DNA of 64,000 nucleotides from a virus, in the IMG/VR virus record IMGVR_UViG_3300047089_000244, positions 64,001 through 128,000 of that record; one strand, written 5' to 3'. Shown here in pieces: positions 41,201 through 49,911 of this stretch (positions within the stretch are counted from its first letter, which is position 1; the number at the start of each line of letters is the position of its first letter). Under the pieces are notes generated by a model, which ran no database searches, was not told where the DNA came from, and worked only from the letters and a program-made list of their open reading frames with translations. The translations under genes and the position numbers were made by a program.

Positions 41201-42431
41201 TAGCCGTAGGTTGCCCTATTTTCCACTCAGGGAGAATTTCTTTCTCTTGCCTCTCCCGCCAATATGATCCTGGCTCCTTTAACTCATTCTCAGCATTTTG
41301 AGTATGCTCATATGGTTCATGCAAAGTCAAAGCCTCGGGTAGAATAGAGTGAAGAGCCACTGTCATTCCTGTATCAGGGAAAATAGGATCGTCAATCGCT
41401 TCGTCAATATATGAAGGATCAACCTTCCAAAGATCTCCACGTATATCGACTCCTCCCCCTGCATCCTCAGGATGAGGGGCTAAGTAGACACCTTCAGGTT
41501 GATGTGCCACACTTCCAGCCTCCTCATTGTCGGCCTCTCCCCATGCCGGATTTAAACGGGGATGTGAAACTTGTAATCCGTGCTGCATAATGCGAGCACG
41601 ATCCTCTGTGGGAGCCATATGATAATATGACTCATCTTCGTCATTCCAGTCAGCAATGAAGTGAAGCAACTGAGACTCATATGATGGACGCACTCGTGCT
41701 ATCCTCCATGTATGAGCTCTTTTTTGATGGTCTTTCTTGTCACCCTTTACATGTTCTTGCTCTGTACCATCATCTATATCCTCTCGCGGTGGTGACACTG
41801 AGCTTATCTCTGTCTCGAAGGTAAGCTTAGGTGGCTTGAGCCCTTTTGGTAGCGAGCCATATGCAATCGTCATGTGCGGCTTGAAATCATCATGAGAATA
41901 GGGGCTGATCTCAATACCGTGATCTTCAGCGCGGTCAGCTAATTGATCGTGATGCTCCCGAATCGTATCACTATCACAAGTCAAAACTATAGCATCTTGA
42001 CCCTCTCCCTTCTCTTTAGATGGGAATGCCTTAATATCCTTGATCGTGACCGCATGTTGGTCTTCTGGCCAACCCTGCTCTTTCTCCGAGAAAACATCAC
42101 TTGTCTCAGGAGCATAAAGCATCGTGATGTGATATTCCTCAATTGGCTCAAGCTCTGTGCCCTCCGGCCAATCCTGTTCTTCAGCCCAATTATGGATCTC
42201 AATGCCGATAGGCTTAGGGATACCAAGCCCTATGTGTAACTCATCCCTCTTAGCGGTCTTGATCGAATCATTGTTAGGCGTAAGTTTTTTGATACGCCAT
42301 TCTTCGAGGCGCTCATCTTGAATGGCTTTAACGCGCTGCTCTTGTGGATTGAGAGTGTACGCACGCTCAGATGGTGTCATCTCGATTTCACTCTTATCCC
42401 ATGCACTTGCCTTGGAGGCTTGAGTCAACAT
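38259..42431 (-). CDS. 1390-aa multi-effector protein: 2H phosphoesterase (Acb1-like), ART-like x2, CxC-CPxH Zn module x2, WxPG-GKG-HTW repeat x2, cREC, PcfJ-like
   Basis: HITMLY/PHMTIAY; YYHMA..IMQHGL..GVYLA; CTC..GHKLDCP.HG x2; KLWLDD.R..SLDHDLG..IHSHN; REG..MHNCW..SLRD..PHASF; YYRAH..GYSSF..GE. Confidence 0.8.
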   Translation of the reverse strand: MLTQASKASAWDKSEIEMTPSERAYTLNPQEQRVKAIQDERLEEWRIKKLTPNNDSIKTAKRDELHIGLGIPKPIGIEIHNWAEEQDWPEGTELEPIEEYHITMLYAPETSDVFSEKEQGWPEDQHAVTIKDIKAFPSKEKGEGQDAIVLTCDSDTIREHHDQLADRAEDHGIEISPYSHDDFKPHMTIAYGSLPKGLKPPKLTFETEISSVSPPREDIDDGTEQEHVKGDKKDHQKRAHTWRIARVRPSYESQLLHFIADWNDEDESYYHMAPTEDRARIMQHGLQVSHPRLNPAWGEADNEEAGSVAHQPEGVYLAPHPEDAGGGVDIRGDLWKVDPSYIDEAIDDPIFPDTGMTVALHSILPEALTLHEPYEHTQNAENELKEPGSYWRERQEKEILPEWKIGQPTAKVADSWNPKDQWPNALRERNGEPVDVDCTCKDGHKLDCPCHGLHPTLPTYDDSLDFPDPSSPVGYDYHTDAPRTWMRAETKVSDNQGNQLNWEPGTPGKGMLDPQGNVHTWPTSGQDGRPSHVQYAEKVFGLNHPKGMVNEGGDYDPHGGEWEGQPTTFWDTCFNISQAGRVKFYKPRPDQYGENDPRDYRHIVEQADPRIKDVGFKGKEQYWDFQSRLAFTRHKLWLDDTRHPPDESWDWAKDASEAKKLAKDNDYAHMSLDHDLGIVKYEGKVVINPDALSGGDFVIWLHEHRKHMPKSVNIHSHNAKGIGIMKELLEKHTDVTTDRAPDDLEEDWAREFKVHEPSEIEKEVVNLPEHIGGLTQPQRARALEQVGPDTSQVVHEFPDQWRIHKLVTPEDRQREGQLMHNCWAKGLRGTGREIDGETEYTNEPYKTLDDFSIDNFGGQYPYHQWMSLRDPTGYPHASFFLSGHPGDQAINNALGHGNASITEPSSIKLREFAKAHGYSPDPTESSKSWQTAYARVAGEQLTALPMENGLYYRAHHPDAPWWGTEHAETVPIEDNGISDTMREKYRKPGYSSFWNPHHLSEYMSHMSWDPQDRWVVGFRGKPVGEGIDGEPRVIPTSSVPEFAMPWQDFEDNLEATPNGYGKWDEHTWGDGPDGKMADDGYRSFREASHQLAWLPGSGIPGKGLVTPSGDVHTWAVNVQGSPHHAEYMDSHAPYQLGEGSAHFFNIRPRGGLDTKAHPVPADIINHIFQTVPSLRSGEHTDWHFGADQSDTREYPDARMMPPTTMQEPAQGNPHPEKEGCTCDQGHKLDCPVHGLNPTEENSDHSWSIPEGHPVGYPQDQPRNYMKAEGSVNDGGNQHDSEAYRSADKNGTKESAYDRGEGDQQKGIGVDHAYSVACDCPGCLQQREHVWHMQSPGASSESWGGLPRAEGATDEDEHEDDLEGGDIAMPKPPQEIRKKRKEREDLELVQS
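38499..38624 (+). CDS. 41-aa hydrophobic peptide, antisense within the 1390-aa gene
   Basis: MINPNALLLVAFTTVVGALLGSVLIGAAVGLAIVLIATIVN, with its own TGCTACACT-N6-ATG promoter. Confidence 0.55.
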   Translation: MINPNALLLVAFTTVVGALLGSVLIGAAVGLAIVLIATIVN

Positions 42432-42440
42432 GGACGCCTC

Positions 42441-43511
42441 CTATGTCTTTATAATCCCAGTGCCCACCAAAAATGGAGGCATGTTTGGATGGGCTTCGCC
42501 GCCACCTGTAGCATTTGTCGTTCCGCTATTAGTCAAGATCGCGCCAGCCATCACACCACCTAGTGTACCGCTCACACTACAAGCGGGTACTCCATTGACA
42601 CTTCCGGTCGCATTATTGACTCCAGCATTCCCCCAAAGAACCTCCACTTCTCCTGATGGGTCTCTTGTGAGATAGCGTGGGGCAGATTCGGCCGAAAGAG
42701 CGTGCGTCATGTAAGACCAACCACCACGATTTTCTGGTGGTTGATGAGTGTGATCTGCGATGACACCTTTAAGTTCGCCGCTGACGGTACCTGAGACGCT
42801 CGCTGAGCCCCCTACAGGCGTCTGCGTGTGCGTATGAGCTTCGGTCTGTCCTGTAGTAAGTTTGATCGTCTCAGCGCCTTCTTTTGCACCAACAGAGCGC
42901 ACGGTCAAACCAGGACCGGCACCTGCTCCTACAGTCACACGACCGCGTGTGTCAGGCACATTGAAATTCGCCCCTTCACCGCCATATTTGTAGCCAATGA
43001 CTTTGAACAGACGATTATATTCCGCAGTCGGATAGCTTTTGCCATCTCGCAGGAGATATCCAGCCGGAGCTACATCACCTCCGAAATCAAGAAAAGCCCC
43101 GGTGGGCACCAGAGATTCAAGAACTGATTGGGTGTCATTGAAATTTTCGTCTTTGCGCAGGTCCTTTCGATAAATGACCCCTTCCCCGACACGAGGGTTT
43201 TCAATGCCTCTTCCTGATAGTGTATCCCAGTTGTAAACGGTGGCTGCAATGAAGGGTTTGCCGCCCGTGACTGTGATCGTATATGCGCCTTCTTCTACCC
43301 AACCATTGATCTTGCCATTAGAGTCGGTAGTCGGGACAATAGCTCCCGCTTCTTTCTCAGTACCATAGACAGTAACCGCAGATTCACTCGTGCGGCTTTT
43401 GATTGTGACTGTCGCGCCTACAACAGGGCGTGAAGCGAATTTACCCGAACTTTCAGGGTTTTCTTCGAGTGTATCGACAACAAAAGGGATTTGCACTCGG
43501 TTAGCTGGCAT
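42441..43511 (-). CDS. tail fibre protein with phage tail-collar domain
   Basis: PTGAFLDFGG..APAGYL..DG..Y...Y..LF.VIG..YG...FNVPD.RGRV.VGAG...H.NMPP......IIKT. Confidence 0.9.
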   Translation of the reverse strand: MPANRVQIPFVVDTLEENPESSGKFASRPVVGATVTIKSRTSESAVTVYGTEKEAGAIVPTTDSNGKINGWVEEGAYTITVTGGKPFIAATVYNWDTLSGRGIENPRVGEGVIYRKDLRKDENFNDTQSVLESLVPTGAFLDFGGDVAPAGYLLRDGKSYPTAEYNRLFKVIGYKYGGEGANFNVPDTRGRVTVGAGAGPGLTVRSVGAKEGAETIKLTTGQTEAHTHTQTPVGGSASVSGTVSGELKGVIADHTHQPPENRGGWSYMTHALSAESAPRYLTRDPSGEVEVLWGNAGVNNATGSVNGVPACSVSGTLGGVMAGAILTNSGTTNATGGGEAHPNMPPFLVGTGIIKT

Positions 43512-43548
43512 CATCTATTACTTCAACGGACGACACTGATTTTCTTAT

Positions 43549-44037
43549 TTACGGCAGATGCACCACAATCTTTTCAATTAGCTTACCCGCCGGACCTTCT
43601 GGACCGAGCGGTCCTTGAGGTCCGATACCACCACGTAATCCCGGTGGTCCAGGAATCCCCGCTGGACCCCGTGGTCCAGGAATACCTACCCCTACGCCGC
43701 TCGGCCCACGAGGACCTGGTGCTCCTGTAGCTCCAGGAGGCCCAGAAACGCCCCGTGCGCCCCTGATTGATTGTCCTGCGGGTCCTCGCGCACCTTGAAA
43801 TCCTTGAGGTCCCTGAGGCCCTCGTGGACCGCGTATCCCGACAATCGTTACATGATTGGTCTTGTTATGAATGATCGGCTGGACGACCTTTGTGATCTTT
43901 TCAACATGCTCAATGCGAGTCTGAAGATTGTGACGTGCAGATATATCGCCTTCTAGCTTAGCAAAGGTGAGGCCAGCAATCAATGTTAGAATGGCGATGC
44001 TTGCCACGATGAATTGACGAAAACGTTTCTCGGTCAT
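43549..44037 (-). CDS. membrane-anchored collagen-like protein
   Basis: N-terminal TM followed by about 28 Gly-X-Y triplets. Confidence 0.8.
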   Translation of the reverse strand: MTEKRFRQFIVASIAILTLIAGLTFAKLEGDISARHNLQTRIEHVEKITKVVQPIIHNKTNHVTIVGIRGPRGPQGPQGFQGARGPAGQSIRGARGVSGPPGATGAPGPRGPSGVGVGIPGPRGPAGIPGPPGLRGGIGPQGPLGPEGPAGKLIEKIVVHLP

Positions 44038-44213
44038 AATTCCACAAGGTTCTGATCTCCGTTAGCTAGAGCATATCGAAGAGCATCATGAATCCGGCGA
44101 TCTTGCTCACTAGCTGTAAGTGCTGCTACTTCAAGCAAACGATACCAATCCTCCATATGCAAAGATACAGTCCTAATACTATGCCCGTTGCTGTACTGGA
44201 TAATTGTCATTGC

Positions 44214-44522
44214 TTACCCACATGAGTCGCGTTGTACTTTTTCGAGTTGCCGAAGATTAAATTTTTCATGCAAAGTGCCCTCATGAATGAGCTTTATTAG
44301 CTCCTTGTGTGACAAACCAGGGAAGCTGATTTTGGCGATTATCTTTTGCGCCTCGGGGCTAGCAGCACGCGCTACGCTTTCTCGATTGATCGCAGCGATC
44401 ACCTTGATGTTGGAACAGGTGTTAGATTGCCCCGATTTGATTTCAGCAAATCCCCATCCTACGATGAGGGAGAAAACTACCACACCGATTACGAAGAAAT
44501 AGCGAAATCCCCTATTGGTCAT
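44214..44522 (-). CDS. single-TM protein (lysis-cassette-like)
   Basis: MTNRGFRYFFVIGVVVFSLIVGWG...C...C. Confidence 0.55.
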   Translation of the reverse strand: MTNRGFRYFFVIGVVVFSLIVGWGFAEIKSGQSNTCSNIKVIAAINRESVARAASPEAQKIIAKISFPGLSHKELIKLIHEGTLHEKFNLRQLEKVQRDSCG

Positions 44523-44592
44523 GAGTCTCCCTAATGAATAGCGAGGACGAGATAGGTGAAAACAGTGCCAAATGTACAACCCATTGCAAGCC

Positions 44593-44883
44593 CTATTGTA
44601 TGGGTCCAGTTTTGGACGAATCGGTCGTATTTGTTCTTGAATCGTCGGAGGAATCTTGGTCCGGAAGGGGGACGCCAAGCATTCCCAGGATCAACCTTAC
44701 GAACGGATTCGTGCCATCCTTCTTGTCCCCCCGCATGAACGGGACGCTGAAGATTAGGAAAAGCCCCAGGAAGATCAAAATGGGCTGGGCCGACACTACT
44801 AGAAACGCTTGCCACACCAAGATCCCTACGCCGAGTGCTAGCAAGAGCCCGTCCCTGAAGATCGCTGTTATTCTTTGTTTCAT
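44593..44883 (-). CDS. small two-TM protein, possible holin
   Basis: RDGLLLALGVGILVWQ...LIFLGLFLIF.VP. Confidence 0.5.
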   Translation of the reverse strand: MKQRITAIFRDGLLLALGVGILVWQAFLVVSAQPILIFLGLFLIFSVPFMRGDKKDGTNPFVRLILGMLGVPLPDQDSSDDSRTNTTDSSKTGPIQ

Positions 44884-44956
44884 TCATTGTTCAAAGAAGA
44901 CAGGAGGGACACCATTTCATGTATTATCCCAACGTACCACCTTTTTTTGAAGTTCT

Positions 44957-45580
44957 CTAGTGGATGATCACGGGTGTTCCAGCTTCCAAATGCCACGCGA
45001 GCCATGTAATCGCAGCATTTTCAAAGCGAATACAGCCATGAGAAGAAGCTGTTCCAATAGGTTCCGGTAGTCCTTCGCGACCATGTAAAGCAACCTGACC
45101 AGGACCTCCATCAAATTCAGTCAACACATTCGAGTAAGCCGAGGTAGCGAGCGCATAAGGTCCGGTCACTTCGCCGCGCTCAGACATGATCTCGGTTACG
45201 AAGAAATTTCCAGTGGGAGTAGGCAAACGCGGTCTTCCTACCACCACACGGTATGAGCGCAAAAGCTTGCCGCGCAAAAAAATGTGCGCCTTTCTTTGCG
45301 TTCGATTGATATAGACGGCCCATGGAGTAGTGCTAAGAGTAGTGCTAATGGCGCTAATCCATCCGGTCGCTCCATCGGGCCTGTAAGGCAGTCTAACGCG
45401 ATACCAGCCATCTCGAATCGAGATGATAGGCAGCACGGTCGGCTCGCCTGTAGCTGGCTCTGTAGACCGCACAGCACTCACGAGACGCCCACCGGGACTT
45501 GCATGAACCGGAGTGGTTCGATGCAAGCCCACAGTGGGAGTACTCGCAATAACGCTCGAAATGATGAGCGCTTTGATCAC
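44957..45580 (-). CDS. L,D-transpeptidase (YkuD family)
   Basis: VVGRP..PTPTG.F...GPYAL...ALHG......IG...SHGCIR; N-terminal signal sequence; W..V.LP.RP.G..GWI domain. Confidence 0.9.
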   Translation of the reverse strand: MIKALIISSVIASTPTVGLHRTTPVHASPGGRLVSAVRSTEPATGEPTVLPIISIRDGWYRVRLPYRPDGATGWISAISTTLSTTPWAVYINRTQRKAHIFLRGKLLRSYRVVVGRPRLPTPTGNFFVTEIMSERGEVTGPYALATSAYSNVLTEFDGGPGQVALHGREGLPEPIGTASSHGCIRFENAAITWLAWHLEAGTPVIIH

Positions 45581-45584
45581 TTGA

Positions 45585-46655
45585 CTAGCCGGTTACGGCT
45601 GCTTTGTGATGGACTACATGATGGTGCTTCTTGTGCTTCACAGGTGCCTTGCCTTTGTACGGCGCAGCAGTCTGCACGATTGGTCCCTGCGGACCTACCG
45701 CTCCTGCTACTCCAGCCACTCCAGCTACGCCTGCGACTCCGGTTGTTCCGGGGTTACCTACGGGACCTTGAGGTCCTACGGGTCCTACGGAACCTTCAGG
45801 ACCAGCGGGACCAGTGGGACCCGTCGCTCCAGTTGCGCCAGTGGGACCAACGCAAGTCGGGACGACGAACTGCTCATCGAACTGCGGAACTGGCAGCCCG
45901 AGACAGTCATAGCCGACACCGTTTGTGCCGTTGGTTCCATTGGTGCCATCGGTACCATTCGTACCGGAAGCCCCTTCGGCTCCAGTCGCACCTGTGTCGC
46001 CCTTAGCGCCTTCTTTTCCTTCAGCGCCAGGTTCGCCATTCAGGCCATTGACGCCTTCTTTGCCTTCTTTGCCTTCGGCACCAGTCGCGCCGGTCGCTCC
46101 AGTTTCACCTGTGCATTTCGGCTGTTCCTCGAAGAAGAACGAGGGGAGGCCGGTGCAGTTAAACCCAATACCTTCGGGTCCAGATTCACCTTTGGTTCCT
46201 GCGGGACCTTCAGGTCCAGTCGGACCTGCGGGACCTTCGGGACCCGTCGCCCCTGTGTCTCCTGCGGGGCCTTCCTTACCTGCGGGGCCTTCTGATCCTG
46301 TAGCTCCAGTTTCGCCTGAGTCACCCTTGGGTCCCTGCGGACCTTCGGTACCAGGGTCGCCCTTGGGACCTTGAGGTCCTTCTGGTGCAGGAGCACAAGC
46401 GGGCTCAACCCACTTGACAGCACCATGGCTGTTGTCGCCATGGCCCTCTCGGTACAGCACGATCCCGACCGCTGCTTCGCCCTTGCCACAGAGATTTTCG
46501 AACTTCTGATCTCCAGGGTTCAGGTGGTCAGGTTTTTCATTGATTTCTTGTTCCGTGACTTCGGCACCAGGGGTGTCGGTTACGGTGGCCATCGCAGGAC
46601 TAGCGCTGAACGCCAATGCTCCGATAGCCATGAATCCTACGATGTACTTCTTCAT
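45585..46655 (-). CDS. secreted collagen-like surface protein
   Basis: Sec signal (A.A site); three Gly-X-Y blocks separated by G.G..C.GLP....C spacers; C-terminus KHKKHHHVVHHKAAVTG. Confidence 0.85.
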   Translation of the reverse strand: MKKYIVGFMAIGALAFSASPAMATVTDTPGAEVTEQEINEKPDHLNPGDQKFENLCGKGEAAVGIVLYREGHGDNSHGAVKWVEPACAPAPEGPQGPKGDPGTEGPQGPKGDSGETGATGSEGPAGKEGPAGDTGATGPEGPAGPTGPEGPAGTKGESGPEGIGFNCTGLPSFFFEEQPKCTGETGATGATGAEGKEGKEGVNGLNGEPGAEGKEGAKGDTGATGAEGASGTNGTDGTNGTNGTNGVGYDCLGLPVPQFDEQFVVPTCVGPTGATGATGPTGPAGPEGSVGPVGPQGPVGNPGTTGVAGVAGVAGVAGAVGPQGPIVQTAAPYKGKAPVKHKKHHHVVHHKAAVTG

Positions 46656-46800
46656 GCCAACCTTTCGGTTTGGGATTAGAATGTACTACTTTCCAGCCAA
46701 TATAGCTGACATTGGCAAGCTTGTCAAGGATGCTGTAGGCGATGCCACCAGCAAAGCACGAGAGCATCAATCAGAAGCCAAATAGCTATGCCATCCAGGA

Positions 46801-47046
46801 TCATGATTCCTCCTCCGGCTCGTAGAATTCGAGAAGGATTGCCTCGCCATCGTCTACGATCTCAGTGTGGACCTTGAGGCCATAGCTTTTGGCCGTGCGG
46901 TGCGCACCGACCCTGAAAGACTTAGGTTGGCCATTAAAGTCCTCGCCTTTGAAAAGCTTATGGATCTCGCCGTCCATCCACGTCTCCCATGGATAGATGG
47001 GAGGTCGGCCTTGACGACCTGCAAAGCTGTCTACGACTTCGCTCAT
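46801..47046 (-). CDS. small putative DNA-binding protein
   Basis: GRPPIYPWETWMDG...L..GEDF...SFR. Confidence 0.6.
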   Translation of the reverse strand: MSEVVDSFAGRQGRPPIYPWETWMDGEIHKLFKGEDFNGQPKSFRVGAHRTAKSYGLKVHTEIVDDGEAILLEFYEPEEES

Positions 47047-47747
47047 CGTTTCCCTTTCCCCACGAGCAAATGAATACGATCAGCTTGACTCAGACCCTCG
47101 GGAGCAGGAACATGGTGCTGGTCAAGGGCAGCCTGAACATCCTGCATTGCATACGCGCTATCGTTTCTTAACGTATGAAGAAGACGGATCAAGTTTGTGC
47201 CACTAATCTGAAACTCTGCGGGCCATCCGATGTTCAGTTCGTTCGATCCATACCAGATCGCTCCCTCATAAAACTTCTCCTTCATGAGATCCATCGATAG
47301 TTCCTCGCCCTCATGTACAATCGTTGTGTTTCTCTCGCTCATGAGGTGTATGGCTCCTTTAACTTTTGCTTGATGTCATTCCAAACATGCCCCGCGTAGG
47401 TCTTGATCGCGCTCTCCAGTATCAATGCCCGGTTTTGCCATGAGTCAAGAAGCTGAGCCGCTATCTGAAGGTTCTCTTCGAAAATCCCACGCTCTTTTCC
47501 ATGCTCTTGTTCAGTTTCAAGCAAAACGCCCATCATATCTTCGAAGAGAGACTCCCACTTGTCCGATCTGGCCTCTGCTCGTTCAAGCTTGACTTCGAGC
47601 ATCTCGCGCGTGGCTAGTGCATCGATGGATACATAGTTGAGATTGGCCTCAACCTCCATGCGTGCTTGCTCATCGGGCCGTACGGGACGTGGCGACGCGC
47701 ACCAGCACTGTGGATCGTTACATGGCATCCGGGTGATTGGGTCAGAT

Positions 47748-48110
47748 TCAGGCACGGGGACCTACACAGAAGGGGCAGCTAGGGTCGTCACACTCGGGAA
47801 TGCCTTTCCGGTCAAAGTAAGAACGCAGACCAGGCATATCATCCAAGCTCGGTGGTTCGTGCCAAGACTCGCTGATCCAAGCTGCGCCCGTAGTAGCCTC
47901 ATCGAAGTAAGGATCATCATCGATATTGACGCTCGGTTGCTGCACCGGACGAATAGGGAAGAGATCAAGCACGCGCGGATCATCATCGAGCACGAGATCC
48001 ACGATCTCCTCCCACCAAGGATGATTGGAGTCCGCCTCGTAAGGTACACCGTCGAAGAGAACGAGGATGCTCTTGGTGCCGATGTCGGGATGAGTGAGTG
48101 TGAATTCCAT
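47748..48110 (-). CDS. hypothetical protein
   Basis: Leaderless start after TGCTACACT; ends C..P.CPFC. Confidence 0.55.
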   Translation of the reverse strand: MEFTLTHPDIGTKSILVLFDGVPYEADSNHPWWEEIVDLVLDDDPRVLDLFPIRPVQQPSVNIDDDPYFDEATTGAAWISESWHEPPSLDDMPGLRSYFDRKGIPECDDPSCPFCVGPRA

Positions 48111-48129
48111 AGCTGCACAGTGTAGCAGA

Positions 48130-48816
48130 TTATCGCTCGGTATCTCGCACACTCCGGAGAAACTGTGCGCGCACGCTCTCCTGGCGGCCTGTTCCATCCC
48201 ACTTCACGATGTATAGCGCGGGCTGAACCTCAACGATCTCTCCAATGTTGCCGCCGCCGTACCATTCGACACGATCGTTGACACCCATTTTCGGTGGGTC
48301 GTCCGGTCGCTTGCGCTCATAAGGACCCTCTCCCCATACCATCTCCTCCTCTGGTCGCTCGGTGTCCTCACCGATACTCTTCACGGCCTCAACCAGCTTC
48401 TCCATCTGCGGATCGCGCCGCTCCGGCAACGCTTCGTGACCATGTAGCGGGCACTCACGATTGACCATGCTGCGATCCCAGCCGATCATCCCCTCGGGCG
48501 GGTGCTGGCAAGTACATGTCTCGTCTGTCTGTCGCTCGGTGTCCTCACGGGCGACGAGGCGGCGGTTGATCGTGACAGTTCCACAGATTGCACACTTAGC
48601 GCGGCCCAAATCTGAATCCGGTGCAACCGCGAACTCGTGTCCCTGTGCGCAAATAAAGAACGCCCAATCTCCCTGTGGCTTCTCACTGGCAGTGAGAGCG
48701 GCCATATAGCCAGCTTCGAAGGGGGATCTGCTCGTCCCGAGAACAGGTAAATCTTTTCTGGCAATAATGAACGCAGCCTCCATAGCCTCGCGCTCTTGAC
48801 CGTCGAGATCAGTCAT
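48130..48816 (-). CDS. mosaic protein built from EDTER-delimited modules
   Basis: AREDTER, GEDTER and C-terminal RDTER separate Zn-ribbon, CxC...CPxH and SH3-like modules. Confidence 0.65.
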   Translation of the reverse strand: MTDLDGQEREAMEAAFIIARKDLPVLGTSRSPFEAGYMAALTASEKPQGDWAFFICAQGHEFAVAPDSDLGRAKCAICGTVTINRRLVAREDTERQTDETCTCQHPPEGMIGWDRSMVNRECPLHGHEALPERRDPQMEKLVEAVKSIGEDTERPEEEMVWGEGPYERKRPDDPPKMGVNDRVEWYGGGNIGEIVEVQPALYIVKWDGTGRQESVRAQFLRSVRDTER

Positions 48817-49665
48817 GGTCGCTGCTTCCTAATACGCAGGCCAGAATGCACATGGCAAATAGAAAGCATGTAAAACCAATTGATATAGCAGCTATATCAC
48901 TCATCGCTCGGTGTCCTCACAGGCAGCGGCTAACTTGTCAAAAGCGTCTGCTATCGCCGCCTCAAAACGATAAGTGCTGCTAACAGGATTCCAGCCCGTT
49001 AGCTCTCCGATCAGCTTCTCATGCGGTCGCATACGCTCCCAGAACCACTTCATCCGGGCATGGGGTGTCCCGTCGCCAATCGCACCTACCTCCTCGCGAT
49101 CGGCCGTCCCCGGCCAATAGCCCGGCTTCGGTTGCGGCTCTTCACGGGCAGCACGTAGAGCATCCCCCAATTGGGCCATTTTGATCAGAAGGTTATCTGC
49201 GCGCTCCTGTTCGCGTTCAACACGTGCTTCCGATGCCAGGAGTTTGTCCCGCAAATCTACAATGGCGTCGTGCTGGGCTTGCCGCGTCTCGCTCGGCTCG
49301 CCCTTGTCCGGCTCCTGCTCGGTGTCCTGTGCGAACGGCGTTTGACCAACGGCAATAAGCAGAAACTCCTCAGACCACGATGCTTCGGAGATGGGATCGC
49401 CCTCCCATGACAACTTATAACCACCACTCTTACCTGAGCTATAGATAGCTGCGATACGCCGAAACCGGTTCGTATCGAAGTCGAGTGCCTTGTCACCAGG
49501 CTTGGCGTCCTCTTGTCGAACCCACTGGACAATCAAGCCGTCTGGTCGCTCGGTACCCCGCACGACCTTCCTACAGGGCTCCCCGGCCCCCGCACCACAC
49601 GCGTCGCAGTCGCCACCAAGGCCACAGCGTGGGCGCTCCGGGCGCTCGGTGTCCTCACGGGCAGC
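48133..49665. repeat. seven dispersed copies of (T)CGCTCGGT(G/A)TCCTCAC-like repeat
   Basis: Copies at 48133, 48355, 48532, 48904, 49317, 49546 and 49643. Confidence 0.8.
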
Positions 49666-49911
49666 GAGACGGCCTTCTAGCTTCTCGACCTCCTCCTCCA
49701 ATTGGCCGATTTGTGCGTTGGCTATTCCCTGGCTCTCAATGAGCGACTGCATACGACCGCGTTGCTCCTCACGAGCAGCGAGAGTGGCCTTAGCTATTTG
49801 CTTCGGCTGATCGCCGGGTGTTGGACGTGCTCGATCGTATAACGCAACGATATTTTCTAATGCCTCCCACGGCCCCAGTGCCTCGCGCTCTTGATTGTTG
49901 AAATCAGACAT
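48901..49911 (-). CDS. mosaic protein built from EDTER-delimited modules
   Basis: AAREDTER, RGTER, QDTEQ and C-terminal CEDTER. Confidence 0.65.
   Translation of the reverse strand: MSDFNNQEREALGPWEALENIVALYDRARPTPGDQPKQIAKATLAAREEQRGRMQSLIESQGIANAQIGQLEEEVEKLEGRLAAREDTERPERPRCGLGGDCDACGAGAGEPCRKVVRGTERPDGLIVQWVRQEDAKPGDKALDFDTNRFRRIAAIYSSGKSGGYKLSWEGDPISEASWSEEFLLIAVGQTPFAQDTEQEPDKGEPSETRQAQHDAIVDLRDKLLASEARVEREQERADNLLIKMAQLGDALRAAREEPQPKPGYWPGTADREEVGAIGDGTPHARMKWFWERMRPHEKLIGELTGWNPVSSTYRFEAAIADAFDKLAAACEDTER

Noticed and set aside
38259-42431. Inteins or stop-codon recoding as the explanation for the giant ORFs
   Set aside because: No intein C/S...HN splice motifs seen; TAA, TAG and TGA all terminate well-supported genes under the standard code.
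48133-49665. EDTER repeats as a CRISPR array
   Set aside because: Spacing is irregular (about 100-410 nt), the repeats are degenerate and in frame within ORFs, and no cas genes are present.
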